A stretch of DNA of 64,000 nt from an uncultured Acidobacteriota bacterium (GTDB lineage Bacteria; Acidobacteriota; UBA6911), in assembly GCA_963827655.1 (NCBI GenBank), contig CAWHCF010000026.1, positions 96,001 to 160,000 on the forward strand. Direction: 5' to 3'. The position numbers were made by a program, and so were the translations under genes. Positions 1-11,770 of this stretch are shown one piece after another. Under the pieces are notes generated by a model that was not told the DNA's origin, searched no databases, and saw nothing but the letters and a program-made list of their open reading frames with translations. Position 1 is the stretch's first letter. The number at the start of each line of letters is the position of its first letter.

Positions 1-199
1 TCATCTGCGGGGCCGAGGTGGTTATCGGCTGGTGTGAACAGCGCATCGACTATGAGCAGATCGGGGTGTCGCTTGACAGTATGCGAAGGCGACATCCGAG
101 CCGTCAGCGGTACGAACGATCACGAGAGTAATATTCAGCACGAGAGAAATTACGGCACGACGGTGCGACCTGCGCGGCGCGGGTCTGTCAGGAAGATTC

Positions 200-289
<90 letters not shown>

Positions 290-359
290 GCAGTCTGTGG
301 TCTCAGTAGTTTAGCAGAATGAACGCGGGTGCCATGAGATCAATTGTGACGCCACTCGC

Positions 360-2289
360 CTATTTCCCTTGCTCGATCCTGGTGACTTTTGTCGGCGCGG
401 CCATTGCAGCAAGGCTCTCGAGGTCAAACTGCTGGTAGAGGTCGAGACAAAACAGGTCCGGTGCGGCCTGGTATTCGATCGGTTCGTCCAGCAGTTGTTT
501 CAAGGACTGCGCGCCGCTGCGAATCACAATCTCGAAAAAGATTCCCGGTTTCAGGGCCGCCGCCGCCAGTGCCACCGTCTGGCTGCGAAGGCCGGTGCTC
601 TCCAACCGTACCTTCCCGGCGCCTGAAGCTTTCCGCAGCCAGTCCACGATTGTGATCAGCTGCGCGGCCTCCATGCCCAGCGGACGGTCTCCTACGGTCG
701 CCAGCATCTGCGTGTAAGCCGATGCTCCCGGGTTCTGCGGTGACGACGAACCCGTAAAGAGCAAATCGACGGCAAGCACCTGCTCGCCGCGATTCACTCG
801 ATCGGCAACCTCCTCCGCCGCAGCCTTCTTGCCCTGATCGTGAAGAACGATCGTGGCCGCCCCGCCCTCCGAAGCTGTCATCGCTTTGAACCAGACGCCG
901 TCTGCGCTCAGCCCGTTATTGAAGTCGAAGCGATAGGACCGCGTTTCCAGCCCTCTATTCTTGCTGTTCCCCAAGGCCCACGAATGATGCAGACTCACAT
1001 CCTGGTATCGCAGGGTCTTTCTCAGAACAGCGCCGTCGGTGGATGCAGTCGGCGGCCGCTTGATCCCGCCCGCCAATTTCCTGGCCAGGCCCAGAATGGT
1101 GAGGTTGTCCGTCGGCAAGCCGACAACCAGTTCGTCGAAGCCTTTGATTTCGGATTCGACCGGGATCTCGGTATCGACAATGGGCAGGCCGAAATGTCTG
1201 GTGAAAAAACGATAGGACTGCAGCCGGTTATCGAGCTGATAGTTGTGGTCCGAAGGATCCAGGTTCTCATGCCAGGCAAACGAGCTTTCCTTTCCGAACA
1301 AACCGAAAGAATGCTTTGACTTCGTCGAAGATATCCTCCTTCACCAACGGAGCCCGAAAGCAACAGTCATCCTCGGCATTGTAGATGAGCAGCGTTGGAC
1401 GCGGGGCGCGCATGGCCGTCAGGTGGGGATAGTCTTGACCCGCGAGCAGGTCGGTCGCATTCTGCTCGATGTCGCCGACGTCGCCCGCTCGCTCCAGCCT
1501 CGACACCAGCGAAGAATAGCCCGCGACGGGAATCGAAACCGACACTCTTTCATCCAGCGCGCTCAGGACGATGGTCTGCCAGCCACCGCCCGACAGTCCG
1601 GTGACCCCAATCCGGCTCCGGTCAGCGTTGGGATGATCGTAGAGATAGTCGAGGCCTTTCCGCATCGCGAGGTAAAACAGTCCCGCCGCATTTGCGCCCA
1701 CCAGGTCCAGATGCGCTCCGAACCAGTGCCGGTTTTCGGGATGAGAGAGTTCACCAAAGGAAAGCCATTCCAGGTTCAGGGATAGAATTCCCTGCCGCGC
1801 CTGGTTGATGCACCGCTTTTGCTTGTATTCGACAGCCTTCCCGGGCGCGCCCACGTGACCGTTCACGTTCAAGATGGCCGGCATTTTGCCCTGGAGGTTC
1901 TCCGGTTCGTAGAGGATGGCCGTGGATTGAAACCCGGGCACGATCTCGTAGCGCAGCTTTCGCATGCGGTAGCCCTTGCCTGACGGTATCACTCCGAGAT
2001 CTTCTACCCGGAGGGGTCCATTGACCCATTCCTGAGGCCATCCATGAAAGATTACGTTGTTGAGAAGATCCTGCCGCAATCTTTTGGACTCGGCGGTCCA
2101 CTGCTCCGCGCTGGACGCCTTGGGGAGCTGAGGGACCTTTTTCAGAAGATACTGACGCAGCTGAAAAGCGACGACGTCCGGTGTCTGAAGCGGCGACTCC
2201 AAAAACTTGCGGACCTGCGCCGTCTGTGTCTGCGCGCCGGCAAGGCCGGCAAAAAGAATCAGGGCGATCGTGCGCTGCAGGGCTTTCAT
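360..2289 (-). CDS. Secreted alpha/beta hydrolase, acetyl xylan esterase-like (split by a frameshift near 1270-1320)
   Basis: ORF 1267..2289 has a signal peptide and GVTGLSGGG nucleophile elbow; ORF 360..1301 continues the C-terminal half. Confidence 0.75.
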
Positions 2290-2302
2290 TCAAGCACGAC
2301 GC

Positions 2303-5300
2303 TCAGAAGAAATATCGCAGCCCGAACTGCAGGATCCGAGGGTCTCCAGCGGTGGTAATTCGACCGAAGAGAGTCGAACTCCTCGAAGTGTTGGGGTTTC
2401 CCAGGTTCACGCGATTGAAGAGGTTGAAGAACTCGGCGCGAAACTCCAGCTTGTGACTCTCGTTAAATGGCATGGCGAAATTCTTGAAGGTCGAGAAATC
2501 CACGGTCGCCAGACCAGGTCCACGTTCGGTGTTTCGCCCGAGCGTGCCGAACGTCCCGAGGGCGTTCTCTCGAAACGCGTCGGTGTTGAACCAGCGGGCG
2601 ATCTGCTCGCCTCTCGACCGGTCGTCGGGAAGGTTCGGATCGCCTACGATGTCGACCCGGTCCTGTCCGATTCCACTCAAGGAGTTGTCTACCCCGGTGA
2701 AAATTGTCAGGGGTTCGCCGGTCTGGAGCGTAACGATCCCGTTGGTCTGCCAGCCATTCAAGAGATGCTGGAGCACGCCGGATTTGATGGGAGAGGGAAG
2801 AAGGTAGTTGAACGAACCCACAAACCGGCCGGTCCGACTGAAATTCGACACGCCATAATCCCGGTCGATGTTCTCGAAGGGGTGCGTGTTGCCGTTCCCT
2901 TCAAACGCGGTGTTGGAGAGCATGTCGAGACTCTTCTGCCAGCTGTAGCCGGCCAGGAAAGTCAGGCCGCTGGAGAAGCGCCGCTCCAGGCTGAGTACCA
3001 GAGCGTGATAATTCGAGCGCCCGTAGGTGCCGGCATAGGTGATCTGGGTGAATTCGGGTCTTGAACGCCGCTGATCTGTGTTGGTGCGGTCCGCGCCGGG
3101 GCCGAACAGGGCAGGATTCAATTCAGCCGCGTGGAATAACCGCCGTCCCGCCGAACCCTGATAGGTAATACGAGCGACCATCGAGGCTGCGATGCTTTGC
3201 TCGATGGTGAAATTCCACTGGTGGATGTTGGGATACCTGAAGTTCGGATCGAAGCCCACTAACAGAAAGGGCGTGGGAAAGAACTGGGTAGAAGAAATCG
3301 GCCGGGTAACCGGGAAGGGATTCACACGCCCGAAGTATGGGTCTCCCAGGCTCTCAGGCGCTGTGAAATCGACTCGAACGGAATTCGGCGGAGACGTAGT
3401 TTGCCGGTTATAGGTCAAGGCCGAAGTCTGATCATGGAACAGGCCATAGCCTGCTCGCAGGCTGGTTTTACCGTTGCCGAACAGATCATAGGCAAAGCCC
3501 AGGCGGGGATCGAACAATGTGTAGACGGCCTCCACGCCTGATTCCGGCACTCCGGCATCACCCCCGATCAACTGGCCCGGAGGAAGGGTCGGGAAGCGAG
3601 TAGAACGAACTCCGGCCCGGTAGGCGGCGTCGTTGAACTGAGAGATCTGATTGAGAGGGACATCCGTGAAGGGAATGAATGGGTTCCAGCGCAACCCCAG
3701 GTTCAGCGTCAAACGCCGGGTTACTTTCCAGTTGTCCTGGATGTAAAGGCCATAGAGGTTACGGACCAGGTTATCGTAGAGAGTGGAAATCTGCGTGAAG
3801 GCCGATGGCTTGCCGTATAGAAAATCGACGAGATTGTCGCCCGAGTAGCGCGCGCCGAAAGTGAACTGCCCGTCCGAGAGAAAATCCTGATCGAGGATGC
3901 TCTGCTCGCGCAGGAAGTCAACGCCAAAATCAAGTTCGTGCCGCCCGCGAAGCGAGGTCCAGGAATGCTGGAGATTGTACTGGTTGCGCGGGACCCGATA
4001 GAGCGCATTGTATGATTGACTGAAGTAATTCGTTACGCCCACCCGGAAAGTCGTGCCGCTTGACAGGGTCGGGACTTTGATTCCAAGTTCGCGGTGGCCC
4101 GGAAAAGGAGGTCCGGTGGCGATATTCGAAGCGCGGTTGTAACTGAGAGTTGTGTTGGTGAGCAGAGTGGGACTGATCGTGCTGGTGAAGTTGGCGACTG
4201 CGCTCTGGCTCTGCCATCGGCGGCTTGCGATTCCGGTGAGGATGTTATTCGGGTCGATGATGGCCGGGATCTCCAATTCATCGAAAAAGTAACGACCGGA
4301 GATTTGGTGCTTGGCGCCTATGCGATGATCGACGCGTCCCAGGAACTGGTTATCGCTGGTCTTGTCCCGGCGAACGTACCGGATCAAGCCGTCATCGGCA
4401 GTCGCCACAGGAATCAGTTCAAGGATCCTCTGGGCGATTGGGTCCAGCTGGGAGGGAGGAATGATATTTCCCGGAATGGGCTGCCTCGTTCGCGGGTCGA
4501 GCAGCTGAGCAGCGGTTCTAGAGAAGTCTCCTCGCCGCTGGGCCGCCGTAGGAACCACGGCGGTAGCAGTGACGGGAGTAGCGCGAAGCTGGGTGCCCTG
4601 CCAGGAGCCGAAGAAAAAGGTTTGATTCTTTCGAATCGGGCCGCCCAGGGAAAACCCATATTGATTTCGTTTCAAGCCGTCGCCGGTCGGGGCGAAAAAG
4701 TTTCTCGCATTAAGGCTGGCGTTGCGAAGGTATTCAAACATGGAACCATGGAAGTCGTTGGTCCCGGACCGCGTGACTACGTTGACCACGCCGCCGCCTC
4801 TGCCTCCGAACTTGGCGCCGTAGTTATTGGTCTGATAGCTGAACTCCTGCACTGCATCCGGGTTAGGCAGCACATTGGCAACTTCCGTGTAGGGATCCTC
4901 GTGGATTCCACCGTCCAGGACGAACGTCGTCGAGTTCCCCCTCCCTCCGCTGGCCGAGATCAGCTCACCGCTTGCTTCAGGTCGCGTCGCGGCTTGTCCC
5001 CAGGTCCCGGGCGCAACCAGCGTCCCAGGGGTGACGCGCAGCAGCTGGAGAACGTTCCGTCCATTGAGAGGCAGATCGGTGATCATCTTTTGATGGATAA
5101 AAGTGTTGAGGGTAGCGCCACGATTCTCTACCGCGGCAACGGTTCCAACTACGCTGACCGTTTCGGTGACCTGGCCGATCTGCAGATCGACATTCAGGGT
5201 GGCTTGCTGGTCCACCTGCAGGACCAGCTCGGGAACACCATAGGTCGAAAAGCCTTCATGACTGACGGTGATCGAGTAGCGGCCGGCGGGCAGCGCGCTT

Positions 5301-5512
5301 ACGGCGTAGTAGCCGGCTTCATTGGAGACCGCGTTCCGCTCCACTCCTGTGGCCAGGTTTCGGACCACGACTCGAGCGCCTGGCACCGGCGCGCGGGATG
5401 GGTCCACTACGTCTCCAGCAACGGAAGCGGTTGCCCGTTGTGCCCGGGCCGGCGGTGGGTTAATCAGCAGAACGAAAACCAGCAGGGAGAAAGTGGCAGC
5501 CAACGTCTTCAT
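2303..5512 (-). CDS. TonB-dependent receptor (Acidobacteria type, N-terminal carboxypeptidase-regulatory-like domain)
   Basis: 1069 aa, signal peptide, LPLNGRN plug motif, C-terminal [12 protein letters not shown] beta-signal. Confidence 0.93.
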   Translation of the reverse strand: MKTLAATFSLLVFVLLINPPPARAQRATASVAGDVVDPSRAPVPGARVVVRNLATGVERNAVSNEAGYYAVSALPAGRYSITVSHEGFSTYGVPELVLQVDQQATLNVDLQIGQVTETVSVVGTVAAVENRGATLNTFIHQKMITDLPLNGRNVLQLLRVTPGTLVAPGTWGQAATRPEASGELISASGGRGNSTTFVLDGGIHEDPYTEVANVLPNPDAVQEFSYQTNNYGAKFGGRGGGVVNVVTRSGTNDFHGSMFEYLRNASLNARNFFAPTGDGLKRNQYGFSLGGPIRKNQTFFFGSWQGTQLRATPVTATAVVPTAAQRRGDFSRTAAQLLDPRTRQPIPGNIIPPSQLDPIAQRILELIPVATADDGLIRYVRRDKTSDNQFLGRVDHRIGAKHQISGRYFFDELEIPAIIDPNNILTGIASRRWQSQSAVANFTSTISPTLLTNTTLSYNRASNIATGPPFPGHRELGIKVPTLSSGTTFRVGVTNYFSQSYNALYRVPRNQYNLQHSWTSLRGRHELDFGVDFLREQSILDQDFLSDGQFTFGARYSGDNLVDFLYGKPSAFTQISTLYDNLVRNLYGLYIQDNWKVTRRLTLNLGLRWNPFIPFTDVPLNQISQFNDAAYRAGVRSTRFPTLPPGQLIGGDAGVPESGVEAVYTLFDPRLGFAYDLFGNGKTSLRAGYGLFHDQTSALTYNRQTTSPPNSVRVDFTAPESLGDPYFGRVNPFPVTRPISSTQFFPTPFLLVGFDPNFRYPNIHQWNFTIEQSIAASMVARITYQGSAGRRLFHAAELNPALFGPGADRTNTDQRRSRPEFTQITYAGTYGRSNYHALVLSLERRFSSGLTFLAGYSWQKSLDMLSNTAFEGNGNTHPFENIDRDYGVSNFSRTGRFVGSFNYLLPSPIKSGVLQHLLNGWQTNGIVTLQTGEPLTIFTGVDNSLSGIGQDRVDIVGDPNLPDDRSRGEQIARWFNTDAFRENALGTFGTLGRNTERGPGLATVDFSTFKNFAMPFNESHKLEFRAEFFNLFNRVNLGNPNTSRSSTLFGRITTAGDPRILQFGLRYFF

Positions 5513-5622
5513 AGATTTCCCCTCTCTCGAAGATTGTTGTGCTGGCTACTATATCGACCTGAGCACTCTCTGTCCAAGATTGTTTGTGGCTTCGCGTCTT
5601 GGAGGTATTCCTTTGGTCTGCG

Positions 5623-5648
5623 CTTTACATTATATTTGAAACGTAAAG
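5623..5648. promoter_or_regulatory. Putative autorepression operator of the AbrB-PIN operon
   Basis: CTTTAC-N14-GTAAAG inverted repeat in an AT-rich stretch just upstream of the antitoxin start. Confidence 0.35.
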
Positions 5649-5662
5649 TGAGGAAATATCTC

Positions 5663-5884
5663 GTGAGTGAAGTAAAACTATCGAGCAAGAATCAGATTGT
5701 GGTTCCGCGCGAGGCGAGGAGCGCTCTTAAGCTGAAACCGGGAGATATCCTGCTGGCGGTCGTTCGCGGCGATACGTTGATTTTGATGTCAAAACCCAAA
5801 AAGCACTCCAAAGCAATCAGGGGGATGGGCAAGGGTCTGTACCCGGAGGATTATCTGAAGAAGGAGAGGGAAAGCTGGACATAG
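5663..5884 (+). CDS. AbrB/MazE-family antitoxin (VapB-like)
   Basis: VSEVKLSSKNQIVVPREARSALKLKPGD swapped-hairpin motif; GTG start after GAGG. Confidence 0.85.
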   Translation: MSEVKLSSKNQIVVPREARSALKLKPGDILLAVVRGDTLILMSKPKKHSKAIRGMGKGLYPEDYLKKERESWT

Positions 5885-6348
5885 GCAAAAAGAAACTTGA
5901 GCGATTCCTCAAACGCCATCGAACCGTCGCGATCGACACCAGCGTTTTCATATTCCATGTCGAGGAGAACCCAAGGTACGTAGAACTGGCAGATGTTGTC
6001 TTCGACTGGCTCGAAACGCCACGAGCGCACGCAGTGACTTCCACCATAACGATGCTGGAGTTGCTAGTGCAGCCATACCGCGCTTCGGATATCCAACGGG
6101 TCAACAGATTCTACGCGTTGCTCACCACGTACCAGAACCTGGACTGGATTCCACCGACACTGGAGCAAGCCGATCTGGGAGCCCGGTTGCGAGCGGATCA
6201 TGATTTGAAAACCCCCGACGCAATCCAGGCGGCAACGGCCCTGGCATGCCAGGCAACAGGGTTTGTGTCGAATGATAGCAAGTTGCGCAAGGTGGCTGGC
6301 CTGGAGGTGATTGTGTTGGACGACTTGCTTGCTCCAGGCCGGCCATGA
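5875..6348 (+). CDS. PIN-domain toxin (VapC-like)
   Basis: The open frame extends upstream of the called 6034 start to include VAIDTSVFIF; also ELL, PDAIQAATA and SND motifs; overlaps the antitoxin 3' end. Confidence 0.85.
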   Translation: MDIGKKKLERFLKRHRTVAIDTSVFIFHVEENPRYVELADVVFDWLETPRAHAVTSTITMLELLVQPYRASDIQRVNRFYALLTTYQNLDWIPPTLEQADLGARLRADHDLKTPDAIQAATALACQATGFVSNDSKLRKVAGLEVIVLDDLLAPGRP

Positions 6349-6613
6349 ACTACGGGTGATCTCAAGCGTCTTAAAATACACCCATGCAGACAGAACTACA
6401 CGTGCCGTGTCATCGATAGGCGCGCTATGCTGCATCGTTGATGCTCACCGGAGGCGCAAGCGGGAAAGCTCGGGACGCAGTGAACAAAGTCAGGTTCGCC
6501 AAACGACATATCTTCGAATTGCGGGCGATCATCGAGCCTTCGCGCTTGCGGTCAGCCCGAATGCCGGCGCCAGATGATCCGGGAGAGCGCGAACCTGCAA
6601 GCGGGGGGTCAGG

Positions 6614-7933
6614 ATGAGTGTCGGTTACGAGCTGCTGTTTATCGTCTTACTAATCTTGGCCAATGGTCTCTTCGCGATGTCAGAGATGGCGCTGATCTCT
6701 GCGCGCAAGGCGCGTCTCGAGCGGGAAGCCGCCTTTGGCATCAGAAGAGCGCGCATTGCACTGGAACTGGCTAGCGCCCCTGCCAGCTTTCTTTCAACGG
6801 TACAGGTCGGAATTACTCTGGTCGGGATTTTAGCAGGGGCCTTCGGCGGGGCAACCGTGGCCGAAAAGATCTCCGAAAAGTTAAAGGGCGTCCCCTGGAC
6901 CGCGCCATACAGCCAGGCCATTGCGATCGTTGTCGTAGTTGTGGGTATTACCTACCTCTCGCTTATTATCGGGGAACTCGTTCCCAAGCGGCTGGCTTTG
7001 AATCATGCCGAGCGGATTGCCATCTTTGTGGCCAAGCCGATGCAATTTCTGTCGAAGGTTGCCTCGCCCGTCGTTCGCCTGCTCAACGTCTCGACCGAGC
7101 TAGTGCTGCGGCTCCTCGGCGTGCGACCTTCGGCTGAGCCGGCGGTTACCGAGGAAGAGGTCAAGATTCTCATCGATCAAGGGACGCGGGCCGGAGTTTT
7201 CGAGCAGGCAGAAAAAGAGATCGTAGATCGCGTATTTCGCTTAAGCGATCAGCGAGTCGGCGCGCTCATGACGCCACGGACCGATATCGTTTGGCTCGAC
7301 GTGAATGACACCTCCGAGAACATCATACGCGAAGTGACTACCAGCGGTTATTCCCGGTTCCCGGTCGGTCAGGATAGTCTGGACAACGTTCTTGGGACCG
7401 TCCGTACCAAGGATCTACTTGCCCAGTACGTTGCAGGCCAGCAACTGGACTTGAAAGGCGCTTTGCGCCCGCCGCTTTTCGCTCCTGAGACCATGCGCGC
7501 GATGAAGATGCTCGAATCTTTCAAGGTATCGGCTCGACACATCGCTCTGGTGATCGATGAATATGGTGGCGTCCAGGGATTGGTGACCCATCATAATGTG
7601 CTCGAGGCGATTGTGGGCGATATTGCCTTGATTGCAAACCCGGCCGAACGGCAGGCAATTCAGCGGGAAGATGGTTCGTGGCTGATCGACGGAATGTTGA
7701 CCCTCGATGAGTTCAAGCCGATTTTTGAGCTGACACAACTGCCCGGCGAGGATCAGGGCGATTATCACACGATGGGCGGCTTTGTTATGTCGCAGATAGG
7801 CCGTATTCCCGTCGAAGGCGATCATTTCGAAATCGGCGGTCTGCGGTTCGAGGTGGTTGATATGGACGAAAGGAGAGTCGACAAGTTGCTGGTTGCGCGC
7901 GTGCGGCCCGCGACGCCTGACACGGCAGAGTAG
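6614..7933 (+). CDS. Hemolysin-family/CNNM membrane protein with CBS pair and CorC domain
   Basis: NGLFAMSEMA, QVGIT, GELVPK, MTPR, DEYGG motifs. Confidence 0.9.
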   Translation: MSVGYELLFIVLLILANGLFAMSEMALISARKARLEREAAFGIRRARIALELASAPASFLSTVQVGITLVGILAGAFGGATVAEKISEKLKGVPWTAPYSQAIAIVVVVVGITYLSLIIGELVPKRLALNHAERIAIFVAKPMQFLSKVASPVVRLLNVSTELVLRLLGVRPSAEPAVTEEEVKILIDQGTRAGVFEQAEKEIVDRVFRLSDQRVGALMTPRTDIVWLDVNDTSENIIREVTTSGYSRFPVGQDSLDNVLGTVRTKDLLAQYVAGQQLDLKGALRPPLFAPETMRAMKMLESFKVSARHIALVIDEYGGVQGLVTHHNVLEAIVGDIALIANPAERQAIQREDGSWLIDGMLTLDEFKPIFELTQLPGEDQGDYHTMGGFVMSQIGRIPVEGDHFEIGGLRFEVVDMDERRVDKLLVARVRPATPDTAE

Positions 7934-7979
7934 ATCGGCTCGGCGTCTTCAGACCGTGCGCAAGCTCGGCGCTCCTTTG

Positions 7980-8192
7980 TAGACTCGTGCGCAGAAATGT
8001 CGCTCCGAGCTCACCTGTGGCGACGGGCCATCAAGCCCGTCCAACCAACGCGATCGGAAGATTTGCCCTTAACGAGCTCGTTGGTGCGATCGCCCCGGAA
8101 GGGCTCGATAGCCCGCACGCACAGTGTACTCGGGTCGTTTGGCGACAGCTCTGATGACCGGCGCCACTGAGCCAAGTTTTTCACAGCTTCTC
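7980..8192. mobile_element. Short non-coding MITE-like element related to 55336..55847
   Basis: Ends in TTTTTCACAGCTTCTC, whose reverse complement matches 55336; shares GATGACC(G/C)GCGCC and GATAGCCCG..CGCACA motifs. Confidence 0.4.
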
Positions 8193-8283
8193 AAAGGCGC
8201 GGCTATCCACTGCCGGGCCTCTCTGGCTCTGTTACCCGACGCAGCGCTCTGCCGCACTCCAAGGCGGATCCTTCGCAAGCTAA

Positions 8284-9054
8284 TCAGCTGCGAGCGTGCC
8301 GTCTTTGCGGAGAATAGCCATTGATCAGGTCGCCCACGTTTCGTTCGCGTTCCCTCAGGGAGGGATGGGTCGAGAAAAACGTGGCTACTCGATTGGGATT
8401 CGAACGCTCGATCTGTGCCATCCGCCTCAAGAACATCAGCATGCCACTTGGGTTCATCCCGGCGCGGCGCATCATGAATACGGCCTCCCGGTCGGCCTCG
8501 CGTTCTGCATCACGGCTGTGTTTCAGGAATACACCCTGACCGGCCATCTGAGCTCCGAGATTCGCAATGGCGGCCCCGGTTCCGCGCCCGCCGAGGACCA
8601 TGTCGAGTATTCCCAGACCGAGACCCCAGGTCCGGGCGCTTTGAATTTGCTCTACGCTATGCCGATTCGCGATGTGCGCGATCTCGTGCGCCAGCACCCC
8701 GGCTACTTCACTGTCGTTCTGAGCCAGCTCCAGCGTTCCGCGGTTGACGTAGATGTATCCGCCCGGGAGCGCGAAAGCGTTTACCTCCGGTAAATCTAAA
8801 ATCTTGAAATGGTAGCGGATGTTCCTGCGCGCATGCCGTGCCAGCCGCTGTCCGAGTCGATCGACTTCCTGTTGAGCCTGGCGGTCGCGCAGGACCGGGT
8901 ATTTGCGTTCAACCTGCCGCGCGGCCTCACGACCGATCTGGAGTTCGTCCTTCTGACTCAGTTGTCCCAGGGGCTGGCCGCATGCAGGATCATTCCAGGG
9001 AAGCAGAACCACAGATAAGAGGACTAAACGCGCCACCCTTTCCTGTACCCTCAT
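8284..9054 (-). CDS. M48-family Zn metallopeptidase (BepA/LoiP-like)
   Basis: NAFALPGG, HEIAH, EREAD, STHP motifs; signal peptide. Confidence 0.92.
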   Translation of the reverse strand: MRVQERVARLVLLSVVLLPWNDPACGQPLGQLSQKDELQIGREAARQVERKYPVLRDRQAQQEVDRLGQRLARHARRNIRYHFKILDLPEVNAFALPGGYIYVNRGTLELAQNDSEVAGVLAHEIAHIANRHSVEQIQSARTWGLGLGILDMVLGGRGTGAAIANLGAQMAGQGVFLKHSRDAEREADREAVFMMRRAGMNPSGMLMFLRRMAQIERSNPNRVATFFSTHPSLRERERNVGDLINGYSPQRRHARS

Positions 9055-9352
9055 GCGATACCCCTATCGGTTCAGGAAGCATGCCGGCAAGAACGTTCCA
9101 GTTGGATTGGATGCAGCTCGGAGGCGATTCTCTCAAGTCCCCGGCGTTTCGACCGGAGACTCGACCTCCAGGCCCGCCGGATAAACTCAATCAGCTTGAA
9201 AATCCGGTCTCAACGGCGTATGCAGAAGGAGAACTTGAAGAGACTCCTGAGCAGCAGGACAGCATTACCAGGTGGTAACTTCTCGCTTTTTTGGCAAGAT
9301 TCTTGGTGCTTCTTCGTGTCTTCGAGTCTTTGTGGTTAGAGCTGTCTGACAA

Positions 9353-9949
9353 ATGCAAGTCGAGCCTGTAACGCTGGAGGGTGACCATGTCCGGCTGGAG
9401 CCGCTGAGTCTGGCGCATCATGCGGCTCTATGCGCGATTGGTCTGGACGAGGACCTCTGGCGCTGGACCAACTCCCGGATCAGGACGTCCGAAGAAATGC
9501 GCGCCTACCTGGAGGCGGCGCTCCGCTATCAGGCCGAGGGAACCGCCCTGCCTTTTGTGACGATTGAGAAGAAATCCGGCACAATTGTGGGCAGCACCCG
9601 TTACGGCAATATTGACCGGGCCAATCACCGGGTTGAAATTGGATGGACCTGGATCGGACGGAACTGGCAGCGCTCGGCGGTCAACACGGAAGCCAAGTAC
9701 CTGATGTTGCGGCACGCGTTCGAAATGCTCGGGTGTATTCGGGTCGAGCTGAAAACCGATGCGCTGAACGAGCGGTCGCGTAAGGCTATCCTTCGCATCG
9801 GAGCCAAGGAAGAAGGAATCCTGCGCAATCATATGATCACGGACAGCGGGCGCATTCGCCACACGGTTTACTACAGCATCATCGATTCCGAGTGGCCGGT
9901 CGTCAGAGCCAGTCTGGAAAAGAAACTCGCAACAACGGCGGCGAAGTAA
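9353..9949 (+). CDS. GNAT N-acetyltransferase (RimJ/RimL-like)
   Basis: VEIGWTW, RVELKTDALNERSRKAI, GAKEEG motifs. Confidence 0.9.
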   Translation: MQVEPVTLEGDHVRLEPLSLAHHAALCAIGLDEDLWRWTNSRIRTSEEMRAYLEAALRYQAEGTALPFVTIEKKSGTIVGSTRYGNIDRANHRVEIGWTWIGRNWQRSAVNTEAKYLMLRHAFEMLGCIRVELKTDALNERSRKAILRIGAKEEGILRNHMITDSGRIRHTVYYSIIDSEWPVVRASLEKKLATTAAK

Positions 9950-10077
9950 TCGGCGGCAGGGTTCGCGAGCTTGGCGTGGATCGGGTGTCAGGCATTCACC
10001 ACGAAGACGCGAAGAGCAGCCCGCGCCACGGTTTCCGCTCGAGACTGTACAAGAGCAGGCTATTTCTGCGTTTTGCC

Positions 10078-11568
10078 ATGGGCGAGATTGTGTTCCACAC
10101 CATTTCAAAGTCTTTTGGCGCCGTGCGGGCGCTGCGTTCCGTAACCGTTTCGGTCCAGGAGGGAGAGGCCCACGCGCTCGTGGGCGAGAACGGAGCGGGG
10201 AAATCGACATTGATGAAAATTCTGGCTGGGATTGAGCGCGCCGACCACGGGAGCTTGATCTGGAACGGCCGTACCCTCGATCTCAAGTCGCCTCGCGATG
10301 CGCTCGACGAGGGGATCGGCATGGTCTACCAGGAGATGCTGTTATTCCCGAACCTGACGGTGAGCGAGAATATCTTCACCGGACGCGAGTTGACCGGGGC
10401 CGCAGGCCGGCTGCGCCAGAAAGAGATGCGCGAACGAACCCGAAGGCTGCTCGACCAGTTGCACCTTGCGGTTTCACCTGACGACGAGGTGGCCTCACTG
10501 AGCACCGCGCATCAACAGCTCCTTCAGATTGCGCGGGCGCTGGCGTTCGACTGCCGGATCCTGATCCTGGACGAACCGACCACCTGTTTAACCGGGGCGG
10601 AAACGGGCGACCTGTTCAAGGTCCTTGACCGGCTGCGAGAGAAGAAAGTCACCCTGATTTACGTATCGCACAAGCTGGACGAGGTATTCCGCCTTTGCGA
10701 CCGGATCACGGTGCTGCGCGATGGAGAGCACATCGGGACATTTTCCAGCAAAGAAACCAATCCCAACCAGGTGGTGCGCTCGATGGTGGGTCGCGACCTG
10801 GAGCCTCGAGCCGGGGGCGCTGGAGGCCTTGAGACCTATGGGCCGCCGTTGCTGAGGGTCGAGAGTCTGACGCGGCGTCCAGGGTTCGAAGACATTACCT
10901 TCGCGGTGCGCGAGGGGGAGATTGTCGGGTTGTTTGGTCTGGTGGGATCCGGACGCTCGGAGCTGGTGGAAACTCTCTTCGGCCTTCACCGAAGCGATCA
11001 AGGAAGGATTTTTTTTCGGGCACAGCCCTTGCGCCTGGCTTCATCCATGGACGCCGTTCGGGCCGGAATAGCGCTGGCGCCGGAAGAACGTCACCGCCAG
11101 GGTCTGTTCTTCAATTTATCATTGAAGGACAACCTGCTGCTGCCGGTCGAGAACGCGCGCGGCCCCTGGCGAATCAACCGGCGAGCGGAAAATGAACGCA
11201 GTCAGGCATTGCTCCAGAAGTGGCGCATCAAGGCTCCCGGCATCGATGCAGTTCCCGCCAGCCTGAGCGGAGGAAACCAGCAGAAGGTAGTTCTGGCCAA
11301 ATGGCTCAGCACTGAGCCGCGCCTGCTCATGCTCGATGAGCCGACCAAAGGAGTCGACGTGGGAGCCAAGTACGAGATTCACGAGTTCATTCGCAATGAG
11401 GTCGGCCGCGGCATGGGGTGCCTGCTGGTTTCCAGCGAGCTGCCGGAAATTCTGGCGCTGGCGCACCGCATCGTGGTGCTGCGCGAAGGACGCATCCAGG
11501 GTCAGGTCGATGCGTCATCCGCAAGCGAAGAGACGATCATGAGACTCGCGACAGCCGTCCAGCACTGA
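10078..11568 (+). CDS. Sugar ABC transporter ATP-binding protein (RbsA-like)
   Basis: GENGAGKS Walker A, LSGGNQQK, DEPT in both domains. Confidence 0.93.
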   Translation: MGEIVFHTISKSFGAVRALRSVTVSVQEGEAHALVGENGAGKSTLMKILAGIERADHGSLIWNGRTLDLKSPRDALDEGIGMVYQEMLLFPNLTVSENIFTGRELTGAAGRLRQKEMRERTRRLLDQLHLAVSPDDEVASLSTAHQQLLQIARALAFDCRILILDEPTTCLTGAETGDLFKVLDRLREKKVTLIYVSHKLDEVFRLCDRITVLRDGEHIGTFSSKETNPNQVVRSMVGRDLEPRAGGAGGLETYGPPLLRVESLTRRPGFEDITFAVREGEIVGLFGLVGSGRSELVETLFGLHRSDQGRIFFRAQPLRLASSMDAVRAGIALAPEERHRQGLFFNLSLKDNLLLPVENARGPWRINRRAENERSQALLQKWRIKAPGIDAVPASLSGGNQQKVVLAKWLSTEPRLLMLDEPTKGVDVGAKYEIHEFIRNEVGRGMGCLLVSSELPEILALAHRIVVLREGRIQGQVDASSASEETIMRLATAVQH

Positions 11569-11632
11569 GGCTGGATCCGATCAGTACGAGAACGAAGAGG
11601 TGAAAGACACCCAGGGATTGACCGACCACGTC

Positions 11633-11686
11633 CACGAGCACGTGCACGTCAACGTGGACGTTGACGTGGTCGTGCACGTGCTCGTG
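11633..11686. repeat. Intergenic palindrome built from 6-bp periodic units
   Basis: CACGAGCACGTGCACG...CGTGCACGTGCTCGTG outer arms, TCAACGT/ACGTTGA inner stem. Confidence 0.8.
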
Positions 11687-11770
11687 TTCGGCTGCTGCCG
11701 TTGTTCGGGGATTTGAGTCTTCCAACTATTGGCACCGATACGAGTAACTTGGAATCACAGATATAGGAAA

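Noticed and set aside
4094-5884. 596-aa plus-strand ORF
   Set aside because: Antisense shadow of the TonB receptor; only the last 73 codons (AbrB antitoxin) look real
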